Notes under the pieces: model-generated | Database searches by the model: none | What the model was told of the DNA's origin: nothing | Seen by the model: only the letters and a program-made list of their open reading frames with translations | Program-made: the position numbers and the translations under genes | Shown here: positions 1-10,323 of the stretch, one piece after another | Layout: each line of letters opens with the position of its first letter | Numbering within the stretch: the stretch's first letter is position 1 | Virus record (IMG/VR): IMGVR_UViG_3300048574_000460 | Location: 1 to 47,845 of that record | From: a virus | Taxonomy: Duplodnaviria; Caudoviricetes | DNA: 47,845 bases | Strand: one strand, 5' to 3'

Positions 1-1176
1 ATGTTTACAAAAATCTCCCAACGATCTTCTTTTCTTGAGATCGTATCCTACACAATTCCAAAGCTTTATACTGGCGTCTGCTGGTACGTTGGTTACAGTG
101 CATTCGATCCTGCAACCGGACAACTTCGGCGTGTTCGAATCAAACTAAACCACATCGAAAAAATCAAAGATCGACGCACGTATGCCGACCATCTGATCCA
201 TCGATTGCTAAGAAAACTTGAGTATGGATGGAATCCGTTTGTCGAAGCCGAGAATTCAAAAGCTTACCACGCTTTCAAGGAAGTGGCAGAATTGTATCGC
301 AAGTACACAATGAAGTTGTACAACGATGGCAACTTACGGGAGAAAACAATGTATGGATACTTGTCAATGCTCAGAACACTCGAGAAATGGAACGACGATA
401 GGAAAGTGCCTGTAACATATATCTATCAGTTCGATCGAATGCTGGTGACGGAATTTCTCAACTACATCTACATTGATAAGGATAACTCGATTCGAACAAG
501 GAATAATTACCTGACGTGGCTGGGAATATTTGACACGTATTTGGTTCAGAACATGTTTCTGAAATCCAAAGCAACGGAGGGCATTGTCTCCATCCGAAGG
601 AATAGCGCCGAGAAGGACCGGGATGTGATCCCCGATAAAGATATGATTAGGCTGAAAGATTACCTGGAGAAAAACAATAAACACTTCCTATTGGCATCCT
701 ACCTTCTTCATTATGCGATGATTCGGCCAAAAGAAATGAGCTACCTAAAGTTGGAGAATTTCAAACTAACCAAACAGACCATCTTTATTCCAGGATACAT
801 AAGCAAGAATAAGAAATCGGCTGTGGTAACCCTTCCAGCAAAGATTATCCACTTAATGGTGGAATTAAAAATTTTTGATCATCCTAGCTCCTACTATCTC
901 TTTTCAGATAATTTTCAGCCGGGAGCAGAAAGAAGAAGCGAAAGGCTGATGAGAGACTATTGGTCATTCCACGTTCGCAAGGATCTCAAATTTCCAGATA
1001 GATACAAATTTTACTCCCTTAAGGATACAGGAATCACCGCCATGCTCAGAAAATGCGAAGTACTGAGCGTACGTGACCAAGCTCGGCATTCTAGCATCTT
1101 GATGACGAACACTTACACACCACAGGATATCAAGAATGCAAATGAGTTATTGCTTAATTATGATGGAATTTTCTAA
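1..1176 (+). CDS. int: Tyrosine recombinase / phage integrase
   Basis: IRPKE (catalytic R), FYSLKDTG (variant HxxR box), ARHSS and TNTY (catalytic Y); 391 aa with an N-terminal core-binding region. Confidence 0.93.
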   Translation: MFTKISQRSSFLEIVSYTIPKLYTGVCWYVGYSAFDPATGQLRRVRIKLNHIEKIKDRRTYADHLIHRLLRKLEYGWNPFVEAENSKAYHAFKEVAELYRKYTMKLYNDGNLREKTMYGYLSMLRTLEKWNDDRKVPVTYIYQFDRMLVTEFLNYIYIDKDNSIRTRNNYLTWLGIFDTYLVQNMFLKSKATEGIVSIRRNSAEKDRDVIPDKDMIRLKDYLEKNNKHFLLASYLLHYAMIRPKEMSYLKLENFKLTKQTIFIPGYISKNKKSAVVTLPAKIIHLMVELKIFDHPSSYYLFSDNFQPGAERRSERLMRDYWSFHVRKDLKFPDRYKFYSLKDTGITAMLRKCEVLSVRDQARHSSILMTNTYTPQDIKNANELLLNYDGIF

Positions 1177-1186
1177 TCAAATAATA

Positions 1187-1194
1187 TAACTTTG
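1187..1194 (+). promoter_or_regulatory. Bacteroidota sigmaA -7 box for the lipoprotein gene
   Basis: TAACTTTG matches TAnnTTTG and lies 17 nt before ATG 1212. Confidence 0.65.
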
Positions 1195-1211
1195 CTGAAA
1201 ACTAACACAGT

Positions 1212-1796
1212 ATGAAAAACTTGATTGCCCTACTTACGATTGCGATCGTATTATTCTCATGCAGCAAGGAGGAAACGCTAACGTCTTCCTTCCGACTCGA
1301 TCCGGAAGCAATGATCTCTATCAAAGCGGATCGAGACGCCTTCTCCTCTACTGGTCTCCGCGATCAGAAACATCTCACCGCACTGGAAATAGTTCGCCAA
1401 GCTACGGCCTTGTACATGATGAATGAGGAACTTTTCGGGAATCAAGGAGCAAACAGATTGTTTGGAGACTATCAGCGTGACACTGTATCTGAAGTTCCGG
1501 CACTAAAAATGTGGGGTACCGACATCATTGCCCAAGATGGCACCCTGACGCTTGACTTTATTACTAGCCACGACGTCGTAATTCAGCACATTGATTGTGA
1601 TATTACCGGTACGATAGGAATTGACACAATCGCGTATATTCCCAATGCTGTCTTGCGCGTTGCGGAAGATAGCATCCGAACAGCCTTAAAAAACAGCGAT
1701 ACCGCGGCTGTGTATCGAATATTCAATAATGCCTTTACCTTCAGACCAATCACGCAAGATGAATGGCTGGATTTAAAACGACAGGGCATTGAATAA
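1212..1796 (+). CDS. Lipoprotein of unknown function (moron)
   Basis: MKNLIALLTIAIVLFS-C signal peptidase II lipobox followed by SKEE; has its own promoter and terminator. Confidence 0.8.
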   Translation: MKNLIALLTIAIVLFSCSKEETLTSSFRLDPEAMISIKADRDAFSSTGLRDQKHLTALEIVRQATALYMMNEELFGNQGANRLFGDYQRDTVSEVPALKMWGTDIIAQDGTLTLDFITSHDVVIQHIDCDITGTIGIDTIAYIPNAVLRVAEDSIRTALKNSDTAAVYRIFNNAFTFRPITQDEWLDLKRQGIE

Positions 1797-1813
1797 TATT
1801 GATTGGAAAAAGT

Positions 1814-1846
1814 AGAAGAAGGCCGGAGAATATCCGGCCTTCTTCT
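1814..1846. terminator. Bidirectional intrinsic terminator
   Basis: 14-bp perfect stem AGAAGAAGGCCGGA / TCCGGCCTTCTTCT between convergent genes. Confidence 0.85.
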
Positions 1847-4498
1847 TTAATTGCTTCCAGCTATTATGAAATCAAAGGCGGTATCTATTTGAGTAGGGCT
1901 TGTCGTAGTGAGAAATACCAATACATAACCGGAACCCGCCGCTCCTGTGTAAGCCGTTTTTGTGCTTACCCAGCTCAACCGACCGGAGGAATTGGGCGTA
2001 ATCATTACCGTGTAATTAGTATGTGGGATCTTGTGGGTAATCTTATATGCGCCGGTTCCGGTTTTTTCCACCCCATAATACAATGTGCCGAATATGCGGG
2101 AAGCCGAACCTGACGCCGAAACGCTCGCAGACAATAGCACGCCTGGAAGATTGAATCCCGCGGGGCTGATTCCCATTTTGTTGCCGCCCAAATTTATTTC
2201 AAACTCATCGTTAGCGTCGTTGGCACCGCGAAAATAGAAGTACCGGTTCTGGTTGGCCAAGATGGACACGCCGTCCCGACCCATCTCTGTGCGATACAAC
2301 CAGGCCGGTATTGTTATGTCAACTGCCGGGTCATTGGACGATGACGACAACACCGGGCAAAAGGTTAAGACGGCGTCTGGATTGTACGAAGTCAGATCCA
2401 GCTTCATCTTGAAGTACACAGAACCTTTTGATACTGCCACATTCGTCAAACCCGGACCTTCTCCGTCTGACATCGCCCCATTCGCCGCGATTGATCTATC
2501 ATAGTAATTAGAAGATAAAAGGGAATCGTTATTCCAGACTTCAATTGTCATACGCAGTGTGCAAGCTGACCAGTTGGAAAAGGAGGACACCCCGGATTTG
2601 AACCAGTAAGCGGAAGATATTACTGCATCAGCCTCGAGTGTTACGGCGTCGGATGTGAATGACATCGACGGAGTCGTACTAGTTAGATATATTGAGTAGT
2701 CAGTCGGGAACCACTTTGGAATGACGTAATTTTTCTGCTGTGTAGCAACAGACTTCAAGGGAATAGCATCGTCCGATATCTTCAGCGATTTTGACTCTAT
2801 GGCCGATCCAATAATCTTCAGTAGTCCAAATATGCCTTGCGTGGCTTCCACGGTTCCTTTGAAGTAAGCACTTTGGAACGCATCCCAGGCAAAGGCTCCA
2901 TGGGCACGGTGGCCGCTGCCGTCCTTCTTGTCTAGACCGGCGCAAGCCATGGCCGACTTAAAAGGCAACAAGGCGTCAGCGCATGCGTCTGTGTAGTCGC
3001 CGCCGAACCAACTCGCCACTTTATCAGAAGAAAGGCCGCTCATGCCAGACACGATCTCACCAAGGGCATTCTTCATCAATAAGACGACCGTGGTCAGGAT
3101 GCCGCCGGTGACATCGGTAGAGCTGGCGAACGCGTCCTTGAGGTAGTTGAAGGCGGCCAGCTTATTCGCGTCGTCCTGAGGGTTTGTTTTAAAACTTGTG
3201 CGAATATTGCCCTCTTCAATCTGTATGTCTGTAATGTGAGCCGTGGTAGAAAGCGTCTCCTCAAAGAAAAAACGGAACGTCGTGCTGCGAATGTCCGTCA
3301 GTGGCGTGTTGAGAATCCACGAGTAGATTTTCGGTGAGTTGGTCAGCGCAAATGTTTTCTCCGGCAGCGTATCTGGTAGGAAGTCGTTGTGCAATATCGG
3401 CGCGCCGGCTTCGGACCAGGCGATGAAGGAAATGGTGTATTCTTGATTCTCAACCAGAGAATTCATCGTAAATCCGTAAGGGACCCATCCCTGTGTGATT
3501 GAAAATCCAAAACCACTCACTCCGCCGGTCTGCGGCGTCGGCTTACGATCATACGCATAATTGTCTATGCTGATCATATTGCGGCCACCCACCTTAATGT
3601 TGTCGACTAATGCCTTATTCTTTAAGGTAATAGCTTGCCGAAGGGACTCCTCTGCCGCATTGTAGTCATACCATTTTTGCCGGTATGTTGGCCCATCAAT
3701 TGTTGTATCGGTCGTCAAAGAGGAAAGCCATGATGGGGTGCCTAACGTCCAGGTAACGCCGGCATTTAGATAGTTGGCGAGTGCTTGGAAGGCAGTATTA
3801 AATGATGTGTTTTCTGTCGTTATTGAGAATGTAGAAGCCAAGCTATTGAGCTGGGACTTTGCGATTGTGGCATTCTGCCATCGAACAAGCTGATCAGGTT
3901 TTTCGGCTGCGGAAAGAACATTATCTGAAGTGATAGAATCGATCTGTGCTTGAAAATCCTCCGGAGCTTGGTCGTAATCGCTGACCGTATTTCCAACCTC
4001 TAGTTTTACACCGTCAATACTGCATGCGTCGGTGTTTTCGAGGAAAATCCTCAAATTGTCATAGGTGCTTACCGAAGGTTTAAATGTCCATTTATAAGTC
4101 TGTGAAGTAGAATTATAAGACAAGGACTGAGGAGAAGGATTAGAATAACTAGTTCCTTGAAAAAGCTGAATTGTGTAATGGTTGATGTAACCCTTGATGG
4201 AAAGGGTATACTCGAGCGTTGTATCCAAGACTCGAGTGAATGGCAAAGAAAGCCAAAGACCACTTGTGCTCTTGGTAAATGTACCCTTGCTGTTTCTGAG
4301 TAGATTCCGTCCTCCCAGCTTCACCTCGTTCACAATTGTCCAAGCTGCACCTGTCCACTTCTTCAACTGATTTGGTGTCACCGAGGTGTCACACCAAAGA
4401 GTAATCCCTGCCACCGGGTTCAGTGGAGCTACTGAACCCGTGGAAAGGTAGTCGTTGGTATCAACGATGGTGAATTGCCCTTGTGCGACGACTGTCAT
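1847..4498 (-). CDS. Tail fibre / receptor-binding protein
   Basis: 883 aa, last tail gene, S/T/G-rich. Two GGRN(L/M)...(K/Q)(L/I)ExGN..S(D/F)...P(E/Q)D modules resemble carbohydrate-binding-like repeats of siphovirus tail proteins. Confidence 0.75.
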   Translation of the reverse strand: MTVVAQGQFTIVDTNDYLSTGSVAPLNPVAGITLWCDTSVTPNQLKKWTGAAWTIVNEVKLGGRNLLRNSKGTFTKSTSGLWLSLPFTRVLDTTLEYTLSIKGYINHYTIQLFQGTSYSNPSPQSLSYNSTSQTYKWTFKPSVSTYDNLRIFLENTDACSIDGVKLEVGNTVSDYDQAPEDFQAQIDSITSDNVLSAAEKPDQLVRWQNATIAKSQLNSLASTFSITTENTSFNTAFQALANYLNAGVTWTLGTPSWLSSLTTDTTIDGPTYRQKWYDYNAAEESLRQAITLKNKALVDNIKVGGRNMISIDNYAYDRKPTPQTGGVSGFGFSITQGWVPYGFTMNSLVENQEYTISFIAWSEAGAPILHNDFLPDTLPEKTFALTNSPKIYSWILNTPLTDIRSTTFRFFFEETLSTTAHITDIQIEEGNIRTSFKTNPQDDANKLAAFNYLKDAFASSTDVTGGILTTVVLLMKNALGEIVSGMSGLSSDKVASWFGGDYTDACADALLPFKSAMACAGLDKKDGSGHRAHGAFAWDAFQSAYFKGTVEATQGIFGLLKIIGSAIESKSLKISDDAIPLKSVATQQKNYVIPKWFPTDYSIYLTSTTPSMSFTSDAVTLEADAVISSAYWFKSGVSSFSNWSACTLRMTIEVWNNDSLLSSNYYDRSIAANGAMSDGEGPGLTNVAVSKGSVYFKMKLDLTSYNPDAVLTFCPVLSSSSNDPAVDITIPAWLYRTEMGRDGVSILANQNRYFYFRGANDANDEFEINLGGNKMGISPAGFNLPGVLLSASVSASGSASRIFGTLYYGVEKTGTGAYKITHKIPHTNYTVMITPNSSGRLSWVSTKTAYTGAAGSGYVLVFLTTTSPTQIDTAFDFIIAGSN

Positions 4499-4501
4499 TG
4501 C

Positions 4502-5905
4502 TTACGGTCTTGAGGCTTCGCAAAAAACATTTGCTTTCCCATCTACTTCATCACCGGTGACCGTGATGAAGTTTCCAGACTGAGATCCGGTGGTTGTTTG
4601 CGTGCCGGCGGTGGATCCTGTACCCTTGCAAACGAACATCTTCCATCCGACAAACTGACTCGCAGTAATGGATCCGGCAGGCCACGGCGTATTCAAAAAC
4701 GTTGAGACTGTCGCTACCCGGAGCGTCACCACGTTGGTGGTGCTGGAGGCGGCCTCGTAAAATCTGGCATCTCCGGTAGTAGGGTTAAACAACTTAATCA
4801 TGTCACCGGCAGACAAGGAAATATTGGCACCTGAATAGGTGACTGCGGCAGCGGGTCCGACCGTGTTGGCTGTAACATCACGTCCACCGGCCACAGCGGT
4901 GCGAGTCGTGTCTACAAATCCACAAAGATTACCATTCTTGTCATTAATAGTCCATTTGAAGGACCAGGAAGAGGTGTCTGCCACCGAAAGTAATGCCGCT
5001 CCATTGTATACCAGTGGATACATCAGAGTGCTACCCGCTCCATTTTGAAGCTTATCGCCATTCGTCGAAACGATTAAAAGCTGGTAGGGGTCAGACGAGT
5101 CATAAACCGTGAAAGTCCATGAATACACTGTTCCATCCGCATCTTTTGCTTCAACGCGAAAAACTCCGACGCCGGCCACTGCCGATTCGTGAATGATCAG
5201 GGTATTATAGTTTGACCACGCGCCCGATGCTGGGAGATTGACACCGATATCAGAGGCCGACCCTGCCGGCGTAGCTCCTGCGGCTGTCGTTTTCAAGCCG
5301 TACTTTGTGGTGAAAGGGGATGTGTTATAAATCTGAGTCGCCCCGTTCGCATCGTAGAACTTGTAGGTGACCCCCGTTGTATCAACGCCGGCAGCACGCA
5401 TCAAGTCAGCAACTACAATTGCAACATTTTTTGTTGCCGTGTTGGAATCCTTGATGGATGTTGTACCCCGAACGACAATGTATACAGCATTGGTTCCAGT
5501 CTTCACAAGAGATAGGCTGATTTGAGCCAAGACCTTAAGCGTCAGAGTTGTCATCGGATCGACAAAGTCGGCCTCAAAATAATACGTCTTCTGTGGATTG
5601 GCCGGATCAAGGTTGGCGTTGATCGTAAGCGTCAAACCGGATCCGAGTGATGTCACTCTATCATTGCTCCACTTTTTGTTTGTGAGCAAGGACGTGATAT
5701 CCTGCACGCCACCGGAACCGGCAACGAGTACGTTTGCCGTCAACACGTTATTGCTTGTGGTATAATCAGGCAAATACACTTGAAGAGACTCATCCTTGGT
5801 ATAGGTCTGTTGCAAGCCATTGGAGGCGGTAATGAATGCCGTGATCTGTCGGGCATCGTTGGCATCAACGATTGTGAGCTGCCCTTGTGCGACTACTGTT
5901 GCCAT
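4502..5905 (-). CDS. Tail protein with tandem Ig-like beta domains
   Basis: 467 aa, T/G/A-rich beta-strand pattern, located in the tail module. Confidence 0.65.
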   Translation of the reverse strand: MATVVAQGQLTIVDANDARQITAFITASNGLQQTYTKDESLQVYLPDYTTSNNVLTANVLVAGSGGVQDITSLLTNKKWSNDRVTSLGSGLTLTINANLDPANPQKTYYFEADFVDPMTTLTLKVLAQISLSLVKTGTNAVYIVVRGTTSIKDSNTATKNVAIVVADLMRAAGVDTTGVTYKFYDANGATQIYNTSPFTTKYGLKTTAAGATPAGSASDIGVNLPASGAWSNYNTLIIHESAVAGVGVFRVEAKDADGTVYSWTFTVYDSSDPYQLLIVSTNGDKLQNGAGSTLMYPLVYNGAALLSVADTSSWSFKWTINDKNGNLCGFVDTTRTAVAGGRDVTANTVGPAAAVTYSGANISLSAGDMIKLFNPTTGDARFYEAASSTTNVVTLRVATVSTFLNTPWPAGSITASQFVGWKMFVCKGTGSTAGTQTTTGSQSGNFITVTGDEVDGKANVFCEASRP

Positions 5906-5919
5906 AATCCTTATTGTTT

Positions 5920-8247
5920 TTAGTTAATTGATACCTTACAATTGAATGTTGCCTTTCCCGTTACGTCTTGAGCGGAAACAGATAGGACATTGGATCCGAA
6001 AGAAGCATAAGTGGTATTCCATGCAGCATCTGCATCGGGGTTATCAGAAGACCGTTCCCACCTGAAACAATCCTGAGAAATTTCACTTGTAACCTCCTCA
6101 GATCCTCGATATACCCTTGCCGTAAGGGTCGTGTCAATCATTCCAAATTTGAAAATCAAGCCGCTGGAAGAAGAGATCTCTACCCGGTAGGAGTCGGCAC
6201 CCTTTTCTACCTGAACTATCCAATCATCGCCGGTACCAGGTTCTTGTTTAGTTACCTGTCCCTCCTGAATGGCACATAGCCAAAGAGATCCTTTATGCGA
6301 TGTTCGGTCATAATACATGTACTCCTCCTCTTGTATCCATGTTCCACAATCACGTGGCACACGAGATACCTTAGTGCCTGATACGACATGCAATTGGCCC
6401 ACGAGAGAATTACCGGTCGGAGAAAGAACATTCTTCTCACATCCTTGCAGAGAGAATGAATGGATGCCATCATATTGCTTTAAGGATGGAGAGTCTGGTC
6501 CATAAGCGGATATGATAATTGCACCTTGGCGTGTTTCATCTGTTCTACACCCAAGCTGTACGATCTTATCACCACGATCTGGGATCAATTCACCGGTGTA
6601 ATCATATTTTGATAGGTCGATGTAATCATCTCCTATCGCAACCACCCTACTCCAATAAGATTTACTCAGCGAACCCGTGAAACGAATGCAACGAGCTTGG
6701 TCACCGGCGATGAATTGATTGGGGATTGTTCCACCATCATTATCAAAAAAACATCTGAAGAATGATACTCCATCTTCAACTTTCACGCATTTCATGTTGG
6801 CAGAGGAAACAACAATTTGGCCACCCACACTATACATCTCGGACACTGTCAAATCGTTGAAAATAGCACTCATTCTAGCGTGCAGGTTATCTACCTCAAG
6901 GTGAGATTTACCATTCTCCATCCACATCTTAAATCCCGTACCATCGTCTCCTAGTGAAAAACCCTCGGATTCAATGATCGGAGTCACCATCTTCTGCAAT
7001 GAGGTGATGATCTTTAGCGTGGCATCCTCATTGCTGAAAATCGCGCCTGATTCTTTGAAGTATTTAATCAGATCCATGATAAACATGAACCCGAAGGAAT
7101 CCGAATAAGGGCCTTGAATAGGTATCATAGCCCCCTCGGAAGGATCCAAATGCGGATAATCAATCAGCCGAGGGGGCAAAGTAAAAGACTCAACACCGGT
7201 TGTTTCAAAAACAATTTCTGCGGGCAGCGTTGATGATCGTGTTAAATTTAAATAGGGCTTGGCAGATGCATACTGGAATGTAAAGCTGTAGCTGCTGGGC
7301 GAATCCTTCGAATCGTAGGCCACCTCGGATTCAACGACAACAATCTTACGTATTGCGGAATCGGAAAAGATGTATTTACCCTTCGATGGAAAGAAGTCAA
7401 GCATCCACTTGCGTTCATACTCATCTAAAAAACCGGTGTTCTTTTTGTATTTGCGAAGAGTATCAACGCGATATTCCTGCGACTCGTCGTCGACTTCAGC
7501 AATATTATGGGTGTGCTGCCCATTGAATCCAACCGATCCATAGCATCGAGCGGTATCGCATCCACCAAGAGAATTTTCGAACAATACCCACTGCTCATCT
7601 TCACTGAGTCTGTTGGAGGCCGTAAACCGCTGTATGTAGGTAATACGTTCGCCGGTGGTGTTCTCCACCCATACATCGTAGTATCCAGGTAATTTTTTGG
7701 TGAGCTTAGAGTTTATCAGGGCATACTGCAATGGTATGGTGTACGCTGATCCGCATGCATCGGACTCAAGGGTGAGAGTCTCAGTGGTGTTATCAGAATA
7801 GTATGCCTTGCATTTTACGACACTATCAACGACGGCGTAATAGGTGAGTAATTCCGGAGAATAATACGATACTTTCTTGATCTGTGGTTGCCAGGTAAGC
7901 CAGTTGGCAGTAAGAAAATTGGTGGCTGTATCGCTAAGGTTCTCCACACCGGAACGGATAACCTTAAATATGACTGAAGATCCCCCGACTTCGGCAGTAA
8001 ACGTATCGACGATATTTGTCTGCACATAGGATGTTGAACCGTCTTGCAACAAAAATGAAAGGCTGGATTCAACGATATCCCGTACATCAATTTCTATTTG
8101 ACCGGCTGTTCCCGGATCATAGATACGGTCAATTAAGACAGATTCGCCTTTTGACAATTTGAACGTAAAAGGCACATCCGATGCAATAACGAACTTAGGA
8201 AGGTTACCGGACAGTTCGAGCGATGATGGTTGGCTGACGATTGTCAT
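5920..8247 (-). CDS. Tail/baseplate structural protein
   Basis: 775 aa. HLEVDNLHAR..AIFNDL..VGGQIVVS and F..GDQARC segments resemble Bacteroidota phage tail proteins; C-terminal Ig-like domain. Confidence 0.65.
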   Translation of the reverse strand: MTIVSQPSSLELSGNLPKFVIASDVPFTFKLSKGESVLIDRIYDPGTAGQIEIDVRDIVESSLSFLLQDGSTSYVQTNIVDTFTAEVGGSSVIFKVIRSGVENLSDTATNFLTANWLTWQPQIKKVSYYSPELLTYYAVVDSVVKCKAYYSDNTTETLTLESDACGSAYTIPLQYALINSKLTKKLPGYYDVWVENTTGERITYIQRFTASNRLSEDEQWVLFENSLGGCDTARCYGSVGFNGQHTHNIAEVDDESQEYRVDTLRKYKKNTGFLDEYERKWMLDFFPSKGKYIFSDSAIRKIVVVESEVAYDSKDSPSSYSFTFQYASAKPYLNLTRSSTLPAEIVFETTGVESFTLPPRLIDYPHLDPSEGAMIPIQGPYSDSFGFMFIMDLIKYFKESGAIFSNEDATLKIITSLQKMVTPIIESEGFSLGDDGTGFKMWMENGKSHLEVDNLHARMSAIFNDLTVSEMYSVGGQIVVSSANMKCVKVEDGVSFFRCFFDNDGGTIPNQFIAGDQARCIRFTGSLSKSYWSRVVAIGDDYIDLSKYDYTGELIPDRGDKIVQLGCRTDETRQGAIIISAYGPDSPSLKQYDGIHSFSLQGCEKNVLSPTGNSLVGQLHVVSGTKVSRVPRDCGTWIQEEEYMYYDRTSHKGSLWLCAIQEGQVTKQEPGTGDDWIVQVEKGADSYRVEISSSSGLIFKFGMIDTTLTARVYRGSEEVTSEISQDCFRWERSSDNPDADAAWNTTYASFGSNVLSVSAQDVTGKATFNCKVSIN

Positions 8248-8264
8248 TATCTACAGGTTTTGAG

Positions 8265-8299
8265 CGAAAGTATCAGCAGCCTGGTAGATTTTAAAGGAC
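8265..8299 (-). promoter_or_regulatory. Putative late promoter, copy 1 (GTCCTTT-N20-TACTTTCG)
   Basis: Same motif and 20-nt spacing as copies at 14409, 26114 and 35529; directly upstream of ATG 8247. Confidence 0.7.
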
Positions 8300-8301
8300 A
8301 A

Positions 8302-10323
8302 TCAATATGCGACAGAAGTATATCTGTAAGTGTACATCCAGTAGGATGTGCCAATTTTCTTGGCAGAATAATAGGTCATCGATTGATTTAATGCTGTCGG
8401 ATGATCTGGAAAAAATATCGGTGTAATCAATTCCTTATATGGAGAGGCATTGTACTGTTCAACGGTCATAGATACCTTACTTAGGTAGGCAGACCACCGA
8501 TATGCCGGCCATGAAAGTCGGATGGATTCTTCCATCGCAGAATCAACAGGAGAATAAATATTTATGGTAAAAAATTCCGATTCTTCCGGGTCACTCGAGT
8601 AGCCAATTTTATACTTGAGCGAGTTGATGAGAAGCTCCATCCCGTTGATGATAATTTTTTCGTGCGAAGGAACGGATCTCTTTTGCTGATTCGTAAGCAA
8701 AAGATCGGCTCGATAGGTATGCAGGCTGTTTCTTAACAGATCGTCATACTTTCGATAGAATGTTTCAAACAATCCATCGGATCCATTATAGCAAAGGCTG
8801 CAGTTCCACAGTTTCTCATTTAGAAAATCATAATTCGAAATTGTTCCAAGTAGATATCCATGGCCATTGCCATCATATTGGAATGCCAAGATGGCTTTTT
8901 GATCTACTGTCGCTGAATCAGTGACTGATTCAACAGATGTATCATCACTCGAATCTGAGTGCAATTTTGAGTTCAGAAAATTACCGGTTCCGATATATGG
9001 CATTGGGATGTAATGCTTACCAGTTCGGGTATCTCCCGAAATGAACACGTTATATGCCACCACATCGGTCGTCAACATAAGCGGCATGCAGTCTGGTATT
9101 GATATTTCTTCCACTTGAAGTGATAATTCGGCTTGGTAAGGTATGGATGACAGCCCTACCCTATCGTAATTGATAACTCCTTCAAATAGCCCAGTACGGT
9201 AGAAACACTGATCCGTCTTATCCAACACAGCTGTTGGATAGGAGGTGAACAGTGACTTGACATTATCGAATTGCTTTGTATCCGTATCGGTGATTGAATC
9301 AGCCGAAACCATTTTTATCTGGCGGTATTTTTTAGGGAACTCGATGATTGGTTTCGATGTCAAAGATTTTGATAGATCTACGGATGGAGGTGATGACAAT
9401 GTAGAATCAAATTGTACAAACCGGATGGTCTTTGTCTGTTCGTTTGGAATAAATTCGGCATGGAATTTTTTTCGGTAGATGTCAAGAATATCACTACACG
9501 ATAACGAAGGGACCACATCTGAGAACCGGATGACTCCCTTAGCCAGCGTATCAGCTGTGTTGTTGATGAAGGCCATGGATGCAAAAGGCTCATCATTGAG
9601 AAATGAGTCTTCGAGGGTATACCCAAAGAATTGGAAAATCCGCTTCAAGAGGTAATTGCCTTTTATGAATGGAGAGATGTAGGTGCCTACCGGTATGGTT
9701 ATTGTCTCATCATTGATGGTCTCGGTTCTCACAAAGGAGTTGTACAGTGATGGAGTAAGAGCTATATTTTTTAACGGCTCAACTCTTAATCGTCCCACGT
9801 ATGCTCCATCTGCACCTATAAAATCAAGTCTATTTATCCATCTCTTTTCCGTGTCTGTCTCTCCATCAATCAGGACAGGGAAAATGGTGAAACGCTCATC
9901 GGTACCGGTTAAAAGGGACCGGCAAAATTCAATCCCTTGAAGAGTCGTGGTCACACCACTTACCGTTTCATCACCAAAAACACTCTTTACCGTGGTGTCC
10001 GGCATGGCGGCATACAATGATCCCTCGTTGATGTAAAAGGCCATTGAGGTATTTTTCTTTTGCTGGCTTGATAACACAGACTGACGAGCCTGCTGAATAT
10101 AGTCTCCGTCGGATATGGTGACTAGAATAGACTGATCGGGCTTTGACTTATTATTTGGATCATGCGGATTACCGAGCTGCTGACTATTCGGCTCCGTAGG
10201 TATGGAGATGGGGAGCGATTGCTCTCCATAGGTATTAAAAAATGGATTCGTACGTTCTATCTCAATTTCAGTTTTTGGATACAGGACGTAGGATTCTCCA
10301 GTATTATTGTTGGTGATTTTCAT
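8302..10323 (-). CDS. Tail tip/hub-like structural protein
   Basis: 673 aa, start overlaps the tape measure stop codon; function inferred from synteny. Confidence 0.6.
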   Translation of the reverse strand: MKITNNNTGESYVLYPKTEIEIERTNPFFNTYGEQSLPISIPTEPNSQQLGNPHDPNNKSKPDQSILVTISDGDYIQQARQSVLSSQQKKNTSMAFYINEGSLYAAMPDTTVKSVFGDETVSGVTTTLQGIEFCRSLLTGTDERFTIFPVLIDGETDTEKRWINRLDFIGADGAYVGRLRVEPLKNIALTPSLYNSFVRTETINDETITIPVGTYISPFIKGNYLLKRIFQFFGYTLEDSFLNDEPFASMAFINNTADTLAKGVIRFSDVVPSLSCSDILDIYRKKFHAEFIPNEQTKTIRFVQFDSTLSSPPSVDLSKSLTSKPIIEFPKKYRQIKMVSADSITDTDTKQFDNVKSLFTSYPTAVLDKTDQCFYRTGLFEGVINYDRVGLSSIPYQAELSLQVEEISIPDCMPLMLTTDVVAYNVFISGDTRTGKHYIPMPYIGTGNFLNSKLHSDSSDDTSVESVTDSATVDQKAILAFQYDGNGHGYLLGTISNYDFLNEKLWNCSLCYNGSDGLFETFYRKYDDLLRNSLHTYRADLLLTNQQKRSVPSHEKIIINGMELLINSLKYKIGYSSDPEESEFFTINIYSPVDSAMEESIRLSWPAYRWSAYLSKVSMTVEQYNASPYKELITPIFFPDHPTALNQSMTYYSAKKIGTSYWMYTYRYTSVAY

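Noticed and set aside
1000-1030. Integrase inactivation because HxxR reads YSLK
   Set aside because: The other catalytic residues and the ORF are intact; more likely a family variant than a pseudogene, though untested.
1847-4498. Tail fibre as a remote DGR target
   Set aside because: No TR-like sequence or CSPSG motif seen by eye; a BLAST of the TR would confirm.
5954-5988. Additional late-promoter copy (GTCCTAT at 5982-5988)
   Set aside because: It lies inside a CDS and has no TAnnTTYG at the 20-nt spacing.
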